A stretch of 64,000 nt of DNA from Callorhinchus milii (GCF_018977255.1 NW_024704747.1:30690001-30754000); one strand, 5' to 3'. Counted from the first letter of the stretch, positions 48,401 to 58,145 are shown. Numbers and translations: made by a program. Notes: generated from the letters alone by a model not told the origin.

Positions 48401-50800
48401 CTCCCCTGGATCACATTCCGTGACCACTGTTACCTTTTCGATCTGGTTTTGTACAATTCTTCCAGCTTAACAATTAAAGAAGCCAAAGAAATTTGCAGAA
48501 ATCTGGGTAAGAAACGTGAAGAAGTGCTGTGATCAATTACTTTTGAAATCTGCTATTGAATCTTAATATTAACCTGAACCGTACTCCAAATGTTTTTTTC
48601 AACGTTTCAGTTCCAGAATCTATTATTTTGCATGTTAAAGATGAAGAAGAAAACAACTTTATTTTGGAACAAATCAAACCGTACAGCCACATTGTGCAAG
48701 TGGTCTGGTTGGCCATTGTGTTTGACACAGGCGGTAAGTAATAATTAAGCTCATTTAGATAACATTAAAATGTTTTTGCTAACACGTGATAAGGCGCTAT
48801 ATCAAAGGCAAGTATTATTATAAGACAGTTGAGAATAATGTGCGCACATATCAAATGAAGGGTTGTAGCAGGATACCATTGGCCTTATCTGCTTTTCATC
48901 ATTTTGAGTCCATATAACCCACTTCCTGTCAAGTGCCTTGGATTTTTTTCCACAAAGGCTAATTGCAGGGCAACATTCTTCAACAGTCACATGAAAATAT
49001 TCCAATCTGCTTCTCTGATCTGCTCTAGATAAAACCCTGAAATGGTTTGATGGAACTCCAGTAACGTATTCAAACTGGGGTGTAGAAGGACCTGATGCAG
49101 ATCATCTTGTTGTTGATCTGTGTGCTGGCATGAGGGCCTCAGATGGCATGTGGTTGATGTTTGATTGTGAAGAACAATTCGGAGCTGTATGTAAAACACA
49201 TGCAGGTATGGACTTTAATAGTTGTTCAAACAATAGCTTGATTCATTTGTTCTCGCAAAAATCAAATTAAGCAATATTTCCTCATCTATTCTCATGAAGT
49301 GAGTTTAAATGGCATTGTAATTAATAGTTGTAGCTTTTTGAATGTGATTAGAAAATTAATATAAACGACAAATAAATGCGCTTGTTCTTGAGAACCTTCA
49401 AGGTTTTCTTAATGTAAATCTACTTTGTAACACTAGATGGCAGTAGGAACAGTTTTTTTATGAAGAGGTTTTGAGTCAATATTTTATTCTGATATGAACG
49501 GGTTTCTTAATAGAGATGAAATTGGCAATAATTAGATTTAGCAATTTTTGTAGGATTTTTAAACCACTTATTTCCTGCATCCGTTTCACCCACAAATACT
49601 CAGTCAATTTACAGTAAAGCGCTTTGAGACGTCTCGAAGACATGATAAGGCGCTATATCAAATGCAAGGATTATATTTATTATATCTATTTATTTTTAAT
49701 TAGTAGGGATCATTGCAACACTGACAAACTGCAGGGTTCAGATATGCAATTCTTTACAAGCAGGATATCATGGATGTGTTTAAAATTTTAAAAGGGTTTG
49801 AGAGAGTAAATAGGTTAGTTTTTTTTAAATGCACAATTTAGCTTTTTTTTACTTGCACACAATGTCAAGCATTCAGTTTTCTTGCTGTTTTCTAAAGGAT
49901 ATGGTTCACAGTGGGTCTTATTTTCCTGATCATTGATTATTACCCGTTTGATCCATTTACGTATCCTAATGATATACAAACAAATGTGTGAGATATTGAA
50001 TTAGGTAGCAGAGAATTATGCCCAAGCTTTCCATACAATTTCCATCTTCTATCATTTCAGATTTGAGTGAAAACATCACTAAGTCACATGGTAAGTCACA
50101 TTATTATTAATAATCTATTATTAAGTCACATACAGAAATATGTTATGACTTGTGGTGTTAAGTAGAATGGAAATAAAACCTGGTTTCATTTATTAAAAAA
50201 ATGAAATTTATACATTCACAGCAGTCTCAAGAGTGAGAAAAAGATCATGTGAAACACAAGTCTTCATTCAATTATGTCAAAGAAATTGGTATCTGTGCCT
50301 AATGTAACTGTTATTCCGAACTGACTATCAAAATTTGGAATTTCCTGATGTGTAAGGCTGACCTCAGGGAGCAGTAATGTGTCTTTATATTTAGTTTTTG
50401 AATTGATGCTTCTAAATCTGTGTGTGCGTTTTCAACTCCCAGGAGAACTTTTACTGCAGGAATGATAGGCTTTCACTCCCTGCCTGTCTCACTGTTTTCC
50501 TCTGTAGAGATACTTTTTATTGAGAGATTGAGGGTTTTGAGATCTGTAATTGAATGTCAATTTTACTTCTTTGCGATTCTTCCCGCAGGATTTCAAACAA
50601 AAAATCGAACCCTCCTTAACGTGGTGATATCTCTGGTAGTGATTGTGCTGGCTGCTGGGCTGGGCTGCTACCTTTACAAGCGGAATCCAGTCCTTTTCAG
50701 ATTCTCTGGGAATGCCTACTTCAGGCAATCTGTCCCTGAATGTACTGATTATGATGGCAATGTTCTTATTTCTGCATTTGAGACAAATGGTGGAAATTAA
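24292..50800 (+). CDS. PLA2R1: Secretory phospholipase A2 receptor (mannose-receptor family), complete; join of 30 exons, 1494 aa
   Basis: Signal peptide, CysR ([17 protein letters not shown]), FNII, 8 CTLDs, TM, tail ending NVLISAFE. All phases join into one frame (4485 nt). Eight CTLDs excludes LY75 (ten). Position next to ITGB6 fits known synteny. Confidence 0.93.
24925..25266. repeat. GT-rich minisatellite, unit about (GT)nGGGGGTATATGTTTGTAT, in PLA2R1 intron 1
   Basis: Tandem units visible, running into the N gap. Confidence 0.9.
25267..25412. other. Assembly gap (146 N)
   Basis: N run. Confidence 1.
26838..27221 (+). CDS. PLA2R1: PLA2R1 exon 2: CysR (ricin-B) domain
   Basis: cag|AT...G|gtacgt; [14 protein letters not shown]...[12 protein letters not shown]. 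Confidence 0.95.
28008..28181 (+). CDS. PLA2R1: PLA2R1 exon 3: fibronectin type II domain
   Basis: [32 protein letters not shown]...KWGFCP; cag/gtaagc. Confidence 0.95.
28288..28452 (+). CDS. PLA2R1: PLA2R1 exon 4: CTLD1
   Basis: [29 protein letters not shown]; cag/gtgagt. Confidence 0.95.
29011..29124 (+). CDS. PLA2R1: PLA2R1 exon 5: CTLD1
   Basis: [18 protein letters not shown]; cag/gtatgt. Confidence 0.93.
29131..29430 (+). mobile_element. Two tandem 5'-truncated SINE copies from different subfamilies
   Basis: Both begin aatgtttccacgcaattggctgccacgtt (29131, 29280) and end caaatgcaaggattatta. Confidence 0.85.
29597..29746 (+). CDS. PLA2R1: PLA2R1 exon 6: CTLD1 end
   Basis: HCG...[16 protein letters not shown]; cag/gtaagt. 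Confidence 0.93.
30188..30820 (+). mobile_element. L2-clade LINE 3' fragment
   Basis: High similarity to 11045-11670, including the tail. Confidence 0.9.
30954..31142 (+). CDS. PLA2R1: PLA2R1 exon 7: CTLD2
   Basis: [15 protein letters not shown]...SWKNALTSC; cag/gtgagt. Confidence 0.93.
31885..32150 (+). mobile_element. CR1 LINE 3' fragment, directly preceded by an L2 tail (31843-31880)
   Basis: [35 protein letters not shown]. Confidence 0.8.
32406..32563 (+). CDS. PLA2R1: PLA2R1 exon 8: CTLD2
   Basis: VWTGL...[20 protein letters not shown]; cag/gtaaat. Confidence 0.92.
33408..33980 (+). mobile_element. L2-clade LINE 3' fragment
   Basis: High similarity to 11090-11670. Confidence 0.9.
34510..34617 (+). 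CDS. PLA2R1: PLA2R1 exon 9: CTLD2 end
   Basis: [19 protein letters not shown]; aag/gtgaga. Confidence 0.9.
35107..35213 (+). CDS. PLA2R1: PLA2R1 exon 10: CTLD3
   Basis: [13 protein letters not shown]...[14 protein letters not shown]; cag/gtaaac. Confidence 0.92.
35631..35800 (+). CDS. PLA2R1: PLA2R1 exon 11: CTLD3
   Basis: [10 protein letters not shown]...[17 protein letters not shown]; tag/gtagct. Confidence 0.93.
36091..36302 (+). CDS. PLA2R1: PLA2R1 exon 12: CTLD3 end / CTLD4 start
   Basis: SGGCVVM...[16 protein letters not shown]...CPFGWES; cag/gtgaga. Confidence 0.93.
36638..36960 (-). mobile_element. Deu-domain SINE (SacSINE1/AmnSINE1-like), diverged
   Basis: gtttaacgtctcaccccaaaggacggcacctctgac and ttggccaagacatggggagaa resemble the Deu domain as I recall it; L2-like tail at the left end. 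Confidence 0.6.
37027..37172 (+). CDS. PLA2R1: PLA2R1 exon 13: CTLD4
   Basis: [30 protein letters not shown]; aag/gtaaga. Confidence 0.92.
39205..39402 (+). mobile_element. SINE 3' portion
   Basis: Family body and (TTA)n tail. Confidence 0.8.
39577..39661 (+). CDS. PLA2R1: PLA2R1 exon 14: CTLD4
   Basis: [23 protein letters not shown]; cag/gtaagt. Confidence 0.93.
39765..39965 (-). mobile_element. SINE 3' portion
   Basis: Family body and tail, inverted relative to 39205-39402. Confidence 0.8.
40401..40533 (+). CDS. PLA2R1: PLA2R1 exon 15: CTLD4 end
   Basis: RICAALK...[13 protein letters not shown]; cag/gtaaaa. Confidence 0.92.
40665..40700 (+). CDS. PLA2R1: PLA2R1 exon 16: 36-nt linker exon
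   Basis: ttcttcag|GA...G|gtaagc; [11 protein letters not shown], phase 1-1. Confidence 0.85.
41103..41275 (+). CDS. PLA2R1: PLA2R1 exon 17: CTLD5
   Basis: [12 protein letters not shown]...ELVSI; tag/gtaaag. An in-frame alternative acceptor lies 3 nt downstream. Confidence 0.88.
41478..41725 (-). mobile_element. L2-clade LINE fragment
   Basis: PTIGSQSFS...[14 protein letters not shown] on the minus strand. Confidence 0.75.
41725..41799. repeat. 19-bp tandem repeat, about 3.7 copies (acagaaaaaatattcacac)
   Basis: Units start at 41728, 41747, 41766, 41785. Confidence 0.9.
41844..41911 (+). CDS. PLA2R1: PLA2R1 exon 18: CTLD5
   Basis: [15 protein letters not shown]; cag/gtaaga. Confidence 0.92.
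41986..42086 (+). CDS. PLA2R1: PLA2R1 exon 19: CTLD5
   Basis: [13 protein letters not shown]...RCVYASTT; tag/gtaatc; preceded by a 74-nt intron. Confidence 0.92.
42326..42465 (+). CDS. PLA2R1: PLA2R1 exon 20: CTLD5 end / CTLD6 start (acceptor uncertain by 3 nt)
   Basis: [16 protein letters not shown]...[11 protein letters not shown]; only a GAG acceptor is available; donor gtgatt. Confidence 0.82.
42952..43069 (+). CDS. PLA2R1: PLA2R1 exon 21: CTLD6
   Basis: [30 protein letters not shown]; cag/gtattt. Confidence 0.92.
43807..43973 (+). CDS. PLA2R1: PLA2R1 exon 22: CTLD6
   Basis: FLTIQLL...VWLGL...[12 protein letters not shown]; cag/gtaagt. Confidence 0.92.
45342..45655 (-). mobile_element. 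L2-clade LINE 3' fragment (second subfamily)
   Basis: Similar to 5440-5745; (CAA)n at the left end. Confidence 0.78.
46817..46967 (+). CDS. PLA2R1: PLA2R1 exon 23: CTLD6 end
   Basis: [21 protein letters not shown]...YGFVCQK; cag/gtgaat. Confidence 0.9.
47068..47306 (+). CDS. PLA2R1: PLA2R1 exon 24: CTLD7
   Basis: YGNHTYRLI...[25 protein letters not shown]; tag/gtaggt. Confidence 0.94.
47445..47613 (+). CDS. PLA2R1: PLA2R1 exon 25: CTLD7 end
   Basis: FIWSD...[25 protein letters not shown]; cag/gtaaga. Confidence 0.93.
47983..48258 (-). mobile_element. tRNA-Ala-derived SINE, near full length
   Basis: Head at 48200-48258, body and tail. Confidence 0.82.
48342..48506 (+). CDS. PLA2R1: PLA2R1 exon 26: CTLD8
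   Basis: [20 protein letters not shown]...AKEICRNL; cag/gtaaga. Confidence 0.92.
48611..48733 (+). CDS. PLA2R1: PLA2R1 exon 27: CTLD8
   Basis: [16 protein letters not shown]...VQVVWL; cag/gtaagt. An in-frame alternative CAG lies 6 nt downstream. Confidence 0.88.
49029..49205 (+). CDS. PLA2R1: PLA2R1 exon 28: CTLD8 end
   Basis: [16 protein letters not shown]...[17 protein letters not shown]; tag/gtatgg. Confidence 0.93.
49429..49445 (+). promoter_or_regulatory. CTCF-like motif (aacactagatggcagta)
   Basis: One mismatch to the CCACYAGRKGGCRSY core; motif match only. Confidence 0.3.
50061..50090 (+). CDS. PLA2R1: PLA2R1 exon 29: 30-nt juxtamembrane microexon
   Basis: tttcag|AT...G|gtaagt; strong sites, phase 1-1, (D)LSENITKSH; brings the total to 30 exons. 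Confidence 0.7.
50589..50800 (+). CDS. PLA2R1: PLA2R1 exon 30: transmembrane, cytoplasmic tail, stop
   Basis: cag|GA; [22 protein letters not shown] then ...GNAYF...[15 protein letters not shown]. Confidence 0.92.
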
Positions 50801-51192
50801 ACGAAGGAAATGACACCCCAAGTGCTTCCGGGAAAGAGAACTTTGGAAAAATATGTTCTTTTGATTTCAGTTTCTGAAATGTAACACTTGTACAGCCGTT
50901 GAGGAAATTATTCAGATGTTTTTAAAAAGAAATTAACTGTATTTTTATTTTTTTCAATGGCGTTTGGTTCCCAGAAATTATGATTTTGGTGATCAAAGTG
51001 GATAGATTGATGATCCAAAATTCAATACTTATAGCTCATTTAAATACAAAAGTAGGGTGAATCATTATGAAGCTTCCTGAAGGCAAGTTTCTGTACTTTG
51101 CAAATGGAATTTAAGAATTCCAGATGTAACCAGATTTTCTAATGTAAAATGACAGACTTCATTTCATCTTATCATTTCCAAAAAAGTAATTT

Positions 51193-51198
51193 AATAAA
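51193..51198 (+). terminator. Candidate PLA2R1 polyadenylation signal AATAAA
   Basis: AATAAA about 390 nt after the stop, followed by T/GT-rich sequence. Confidence 0.45.
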
Positions 51199-51576
51199 CA
51201 GTTTAATTGTTGGTATTTTAACCTTCAGTACATGTGTAAATGTATTCTTTAAGTTGGAAATAATTTCCTTGTTTTCTTTTAGATCATTATTGTGTCATTA
51301 TCATGTTGTCTTTCTCTTTTAGTGCAGCTACAAAGCATAGGTGTGTTTTTCTTTGTTCTGGTATTCTACAGGATGATCAAAAAGTCATGATAATTACCCT
51401 ATTATCTAAAAAAAGTCATCATTTCTTTAAGACTTATTAGACATGTTGTTGGTATCACGACTTTTTGGTTACCCTGTATTTCTGTTGTAGTTTCCTTTAT
51501 TTTAATTCATAGAATACTTTCAATTCTCAAAACATTCCCTTTTGGGTTGAATTACTTCACTTCTGAGGAAGAACAG

Positions 51577-54500
51577 TCATAACATTACATGTAGGAGCAG
51601 GAGTAGGCCATTCGGCCCTTCGAGCCTGCCCTGCCAAGCAATCATGGCTGATCTTCTAATCTAACTCCAGCTAATAACCTGACGCTGCCTTATCCCCATA
51701 TCCCTTAATCCCTTTTTCAATAAGAAATCTATCTATCTCAGTCTTGAATATGTTCAAGGACTGAGCATCAACAGCCCTTTGGGGTAATAATAATCCTTGC
51801 ATTTGATATAACGCTTTTCACATCGGGAGGACGTCCCAAAGCGCTTCACAGAACACACAGTAAAGTGAATTGACTGTATATTTGTGGGCGAACCCGGCAG
51901 CCAATTGCGCACAGCAATGTCCCTCAAACAGTCGTAGATTGAAAATGACCAATTTATTATTGTTTTTGGTTTTGGAGGGATTATTATTAGGCTCTGTGTG
52001 GAGTAAGGAAACTTGCCCAAGGTTTCGCCCTCTGCCTGGGATTGAACTCAGGTCTCTCACTTGCAAAGCGAGTGCTCTAACCACTGAGCTACAGGACTCC
52101 ACAATACATTCCATACATTCACTGCCCTTTGAGTGAAGAAGTTCTTCCTCAACTCAGTGCGAAAGGGCTGCCTCTGATTTTAAGGTTGTGACCCCTGGTT
52201 TTAGTGTCTCCAACCGGGGGAAACAATCTCCCACTATCCACTCTATCATTGCCCTTTGATGATCTTATAGGTTTCTATAAGATCCCCTCTAATTCTTCTT
52301 TATTCTAGAGAATATAGGCCCAAATTGGTCAGCCTATCCTCGTAACTCATCCCCTTCATCCCTGGCACTAACCTAGTAAATCTACGCTGCACTCCCTCCA
52401 CGGCAAGTACGTCCTTCCTTAAATAAGGAACTGCATACAGTATTCCAGGTGTGGTCTCACAGGGCCCTATACAGTTGCAGCAAGATTTCCCTACTCTTAT
52501 ACTCTAATCCTTTCATAATGAATGCTAACGTACCGTTCACCTTCCTAATTGCTGCTGCACCTGCAGACTAACTTTCTGTGATTGGTGTACAAGGACACCC
52601 AAGTCCCTCTGGACGCTAACACATTCCAATCTCTACCCTTCAAAAAAATAACCCGCTCTACTGTTTTTGCTCCGGTGGATGACTTCACACTTCCCTACAT
52701 TATACTTCATCTGCCACCTACCTGCCCAATCACCTAACCTACCTATGTTTCACTGCACTTTTTTAATGTCGTCCTCTGTGTTGACACTTCCTCCTAGTTT
52801 TGTGTCATCCGCGAATTTAGATATATTAACTTCGATGTCCTCATCTAGATTGTTGATGTAGAATGGTAAATAGCTGAGGCCCAAGGACTGATCCTTGTGG
52901 CACTCCACTAGTCACATCCCGCCAATCTGAAAAGGACCCATTTATCCCTACTCTTTGTTTCCTACCCGTTAACCATTCCCCAATCCACGTTAATATGCTC
53001 CCCCAATTCCATGGGCCCTATCTTTTGGACTAACCTTTTATGCGGCACCTTATCGAATGCCTTCTGGAAGTCCAAATAGACCACATCCACTGATTCACCC
53101 TTATCAAGTTTACTGGAAATATCCTCAAAAAAATTCTATGAGATTTGTCAAACATGACTTCCCTTTTGTAAAGCCACGTTGACTTGGCCTAATTATGTTG
53201 TGCCCTAAATATCGCACTACCACATCCTTAATCAATGATTCTAAATTTTTTCCTATCACTGATGTGAGACTAACTGGCCTATAGTTCCCCATCTTTTCCT
53301 TTCCACCTTTTTTAAATAGTGGTGTGACATTTGCGATCTTCCAATCCATGGGGACTGTTCCAGAATCCAAGGAATTTTGGAAGATCAGACATAAGGCCTC
53401 CACTATCTCATAAGCTCCTCTTTTAAAACCCTGGGACGCAAGCCATCCGGACCGGGGATTTGTCACTTTTTAGGGCTAATAGTTTCCCGAGCAGCAATTC
53501 TCCACTAATGAAAATTTCCTTAAGTTGCTCCCTGTCCTTATCACCTTGGTGCATCTCTATTGTTGGCAGATTTGTTGTACTCATTTGGGACTCTGCCATG
53601 TCTTTATCCCCCATTACAACTTCTCCCGTCTCTGACTGAAGTGGACCTACATTTACCCTCAATAGCCTATTCCTCTTAATATATTTGTAAAAACTTTTAC
53701 AATCAGACTTAATGTTCGTCGCTCGCTTACCCTCATACTCCTTTTTCTTGCTCTTAATGAGTTTTTCAGTTTTATTTTGCTGGTTTCTAAAACTCTCCCA
53801 ATCTTCAGATTTGCTGCTTTTCTTGGCAGTTTTATAAGCCTTTTCTTTTAATTTGATGCTTTCCCTAACTGCTCTAGTTAGCCACGGATGAATTGCTTTC
53901 CCTGTGGTACTCTTATTCCGCAAGGGAATATGCGACCGCTGAGAATTTTGCACTACATCCTTAAATATTTGCCACTGTTGGTCTACATTTTTACCTCTTA
54001 ATCTTATTCTCCAGTCTATTTTACCTAAATCTTTCCTCATACCTACAAAATTAGCCCTATTTAAATTCAGAATACTTGCCTCGGATTTAACTATATCCCT
54101 TTCTAACATAATGCAGAATTCAATCATATTGTGATCACTCTGCCCTCGAGGATTCTTAATACCTACACTGCCAACTCGCTCTGTTTCCTTACACAAAACA
54201 AGGTCTAGGATGGCCTGTCCCCTGGTCGGTTCCTCGGCAGCTGCTCTAGAAAGTTATCTCTCATACACTCAATGAACTCTTCTGACCTACTTTTGCTGAT
54301 TTGGTTTTCCCAATCTATGTGGAGATTGAAATCACCCACTATTATCGCTTTACCTTTCCTACACGCTCCACTGATTTCTTGATTGATTCCCTGTGCTATA
54401 TTGTGATCGCTGTTTGGGGGTCTATAAACCACTCCCATTAATATTTTCTGCCCTTTATTATTTTTTATTTCCACCCATATTGTCTCGACCCCTGGTCATC

Positions 54501-54760
54501 GGATTTCAGATTCTTCCTCTCCAATGCTTTTATTTCATCCCTAATTAACAGGGCCCCCCCCCCCCCACCTTTTTTCCCACAGTGCCTATCTTTCCTGTAA
54601 AGTGAGAACCCTGGAATATTTAACTCCCCCTCGATCTCCTTGTAACCATGTTTCAGTGATGGCCACTCGATCGTACCCATATGTGTCTCTCTGTGCTTTT
54701 AATTCATCAGTTTTATTCCGAATGCTTCGCGCATTCAGATATAACATTTTTAATTTCCGA
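51577..54760 (-). mobile_element. CR1-clade LINE, nearly complete ORF2 (APE endonuclease + RT), frameshifted and inactive
   Basis: LYLNARSIRNK; GVVYRPPN; IIVGDFN; SDHNMIEF; WKIANVTPLFKKG..NYRPVSLTS; GKSCLTNLIEFF; [11 protein letters not shown]. Confidence 0.93.
51786..52102 (-). mobile_element. Full-length tRNA-Ala-derived SINE nested in the CR1
   Basis: A box tagctcagtgg, TGC anticodon loop, B box gagttcaatcc, (TTA)n tail; CR1 sequence resumes on both sides. Confidence 0.9.
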
Positions 54761-55384
54761 CCATTTCCTCTACTCTCTGATTCCTTATCGGCTTTGCCAA
54801 AGCTTCTTATCCCTAGTTAACATATTCCTATTATCTGGCATGCTATTCTGCGCTAACGCTAATGCCAGTCTCCATCATAATTCTTACAGTCCTTCACTTT
54901 TTCTGGAAATACCAATATCACTGCCTTTTTCTACCATCAGATTGTGTTCTTTGTATCTCACTGGCTTCTTGTCAGTGTATTGCAAACCTGATGAGATTAC
55001 ATTTCCAGCGGACACCCTGACTAGAATTTATTCTTCTCTCCAACTGGGTGTTTTGATGAAATTAGATATTTTAAAATGAGCAATTACCCCCGTTGTGATC
55101 TCACCAAGTTTCTATATTTGTATGTGTATATTTACTGTATACAGTCTCCGGCTGTTCTGTGTTTTCTATTAGAAGGTTTTCAAGAGTAAGTTTTGCACAC
55201 ATTTGGATGCCAACAAAAGGCACAGAAAGACTCTGACAGTATCGCTGTGCTTAGTCACTGGGATATGCACACAAAGCAAACACACTCTTTATCAAGTTGC
55301 TCTACCGGTTATTCTTCATTAATGTGGAGTAGTCTGGTATCTCTATGATCTCCTCCTCCCCCCTACTCCTGTGCTTACTCACTC

Positions 55385-55587
55385 CAGCTTGCTGTGACCC
55401 CATGCCCTCGCCACACCATCAGCAAGACCATCATCGACCGCGCCTTTGGTCACCCTTCTACCCCCACCCTACCCACCCTCCACCCCTCATGATCCCAACC
55501 CCACCAGCTCGGTTCCAAATCCCTGTCTGTCCAGCGCCTTTTGGATATGAAAGGCGCCGTGTAAATGTCATTTGTTGTTGTTGTTGT
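55385..55587 (+). mobile_element. L2 3' tail fragment
   Basis: C-rich UTR, gaaaggcgccgtgtaaatgtcatttgttgttgttg. Confidence 0.65.
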
Positions 55588-56790
55588 CATTGGCGGCTAA
55601 GCTTCTTGATCCTATGCTCCCTAACCTCTGGAACTCCCTCCCTCGTCTCACCCCCTCCCTATTGTCTAAGTCCCTTTGTTGTTGTTTTGCTGAGTTTGTA
55701 TAAAAAATTATGTTTTGTTAGACAATAGCTAAGGATATATTTCTAGTTTTTTTTTAAATGAAATCATGTCACACTTGTCATTGATCAAATGTGTACAAAT
55801 CATGTAATACTTGTCATTGTTTGTATGAAATCTTTTATTAAATGTGTCATGTCAGTATTCCTATCTTTGACTCATTTACATTCATATTTCACTGGCGTAT
55901 AATTGCCTCAAAGCTAAACAAAGATATTTAATTGTTATTAATGATTTAGCAGCATGAATAAAGAATGGAGTTGAACTCATAAGGTACCACACAATAGTTA
56001 CATTGCACATTTATGATATTTATAGCATCAAATATTGCCACTTTTTTAAAAAATTGACTTTCATTAGTTATTCCTTCCTGACCCACCTAGTTGAGAAGGA
56101 ATGTTTAGATTAGGTTGCACAGGTAAATACAAATAGGAAAAAATATACTTTAATAATAATAATAATCCTTATATTTGATACAGCAATTTATCACATTAAT
56201 GAGATGTCTCAAGGCACTTCATGGGATTTACTGTAAAGTGTAGTGACTTTGTACGTTATTTTCAAAGTAAATTAGACCAAATATAACATCACTGGAACAA
56301 TATAATATGCCAATTATTACAATTTTTGTTTTTATAACCTCCCACCCTCCACACACGCACACTGAATCAACATTGTTTAAGCACTTGGAATAATTGAGAA
56401 CAATATTAAGGTATCAAAATGGAAATTGATTTGCTTAAGTCAATAAATAAATGATTACACAGAATATTTGGAAGAATGAATAATTCAAATGTAAGAGTCT
56501 AAAGCAGTAAAGCCTTTAGGTATGTTGCTTTGCACATTCCCTTCTAATGGAATAATAAAAATAATAATCTTTGCATTTGATATAGTGACTTTGTTTCTGA
56601 TAAATTTTTATGCAGTAACAGAACAGACATTGGTGTCTCCAGCCGACATTCAGGTATTTACATTTATTAATAATATCACTCTGGTCCTGGCAACAATTAT
56701 TTACAAGTGGGAATTTGTAAAAGCTAACTTAATATTCCCTCCCTGCCTGTCCTCCACTCCTCCTGATCCCAATCCCCAGCTCAGGTGCAC

Positions 56791-58145
56791 ATAGAATTAT
56801 ACAGCACAGAAGGAGGCCATTTGGCCCATCATGTCTGTGCTGCTGTTTGAAAAGAACTTCCAAATCAACCCCACTCCCCCGCTCTCTCCCCAGAGCCCTG
56901 ATCAACCCCACTCCCTCACTCTCTCCCCACAGCCCTGCAAACTTGTCCTCCCCAAATAATTATCTACTTTTCTCTTAAAAGTTGTTATTGAATCGGTTCC
57001 CACCGGCCTTTCAGGCAATGCATTCCAGATCCCAACAACTCGCTGTGTAAAAACATTTCTCCTCACCTCCTCTCTGTTTCTTTTAACAACTATTTTAAAT
57101 CGGTGTCCTCGGGTTACCGACCCATCCGCCTGTGGGAATAGTTTCTCCTTGTTCACCCTATCGAATCCTCTCATCATTTTGAAACCTTCTATGAAGTCTC
57201 CTCTTAACCTTCTCTGCTCCAAGGAGAATAATCCCAGCTTCTCCGGCCTCTCCTGATAACTGAAGCCCCTCATTCCTGGTACCATTCTGGTCAATCTCCT
57301 TTGCACCCTCTCCAATGCCTTGACATCCTTCCCAAAGTGTGGGGCCCAGAACTGAACACAGTCTCTCGCTGAGGCCTAACCAATGTTTTATATAAAGGTT
57401 CATCATAACTTCCTGACTTGTGCATTCTATGCCCTATTTATAAAGTCTAGTATCCCGGATGCTTTATTAACAGCTCTATCTGCCTGTCCGGCCACCTTCA
57501 GAGATTTACTATATGACCCCCAGGTCTCTCTGTCCCTTCACCCCCTTTAAGATTATACCATCAGCTTATATTGCCTCTCCTCATTCTTCTTCCCAAAATG
57601 GATCACTTCGCATTTCTCCACATTAAACTTCATCTGCCCCGTGTCTGCCCGTGTTACCAGTCTGTCTATGGCCATTTGCAGTCTGCTACTGTCCTCCTAC
57701 TGTTTACTACTTTTCCAGCTTAGTATCATCTACAAACTTGGGAATTGTACTCCCTATACCCAAGTCCAGGTCAATTATATAGATCACAAACAGCAGTGGT
57801 CCCAATACTGGCCCCCGGGGGACACCACTGCCCACTTCTCTCCAGTCAGAAGAACAACCGTTCACCACCACTCTCTGCTCTCTGTCTCCCAGACAGTTCT
57901 GTATCTGCTGCCACTGTCCCTTTAATACCGGGGGCTTCTGTTTTGCTACAAGTCTCTTATGTGGCACTTTGTCAAATGCCTTTTGAAAATCCATATAAAC
58001 TACATCAACTGCACTACCTTCATCCACCCTCTCCGTTACTTCATCAAAAAACTCTACCAGGTTTGTTAGACATAATTTACCTTTAACAAATCCATGTTGG
58101 CTGTACTTTACTAACCCATAATTTTCTAAGTGAAAATTTATTTTG
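56791..58145 (-). mobile_element. CR1-clade LINE, 5'-truncated RT region, inserted in an L2 3' tail
   Basis: SQHGFVKGK.CLTNLVEFF; VYMDFQKAFDKVPH; KFVDDTKL; LGLFSLEQRRLRGD. Confidence 0.92.

Noticed and set aside
52030-52102. tRNA-Ala-like sequences (also near 13830-13890, 21935-22003, 48200-48258)
   Set aside because: They lack a paired acceptor stem and continue into a shared SINE body and tail; these are SINE heads, not tRNA genes.
53125-54680. Endonuclease/RT ORFs as a host gene or active element
   Set aside because: CR1 ORF2 broken by several frameshifts, with no ORF1 visible and a SINE inserted near its 3' end.
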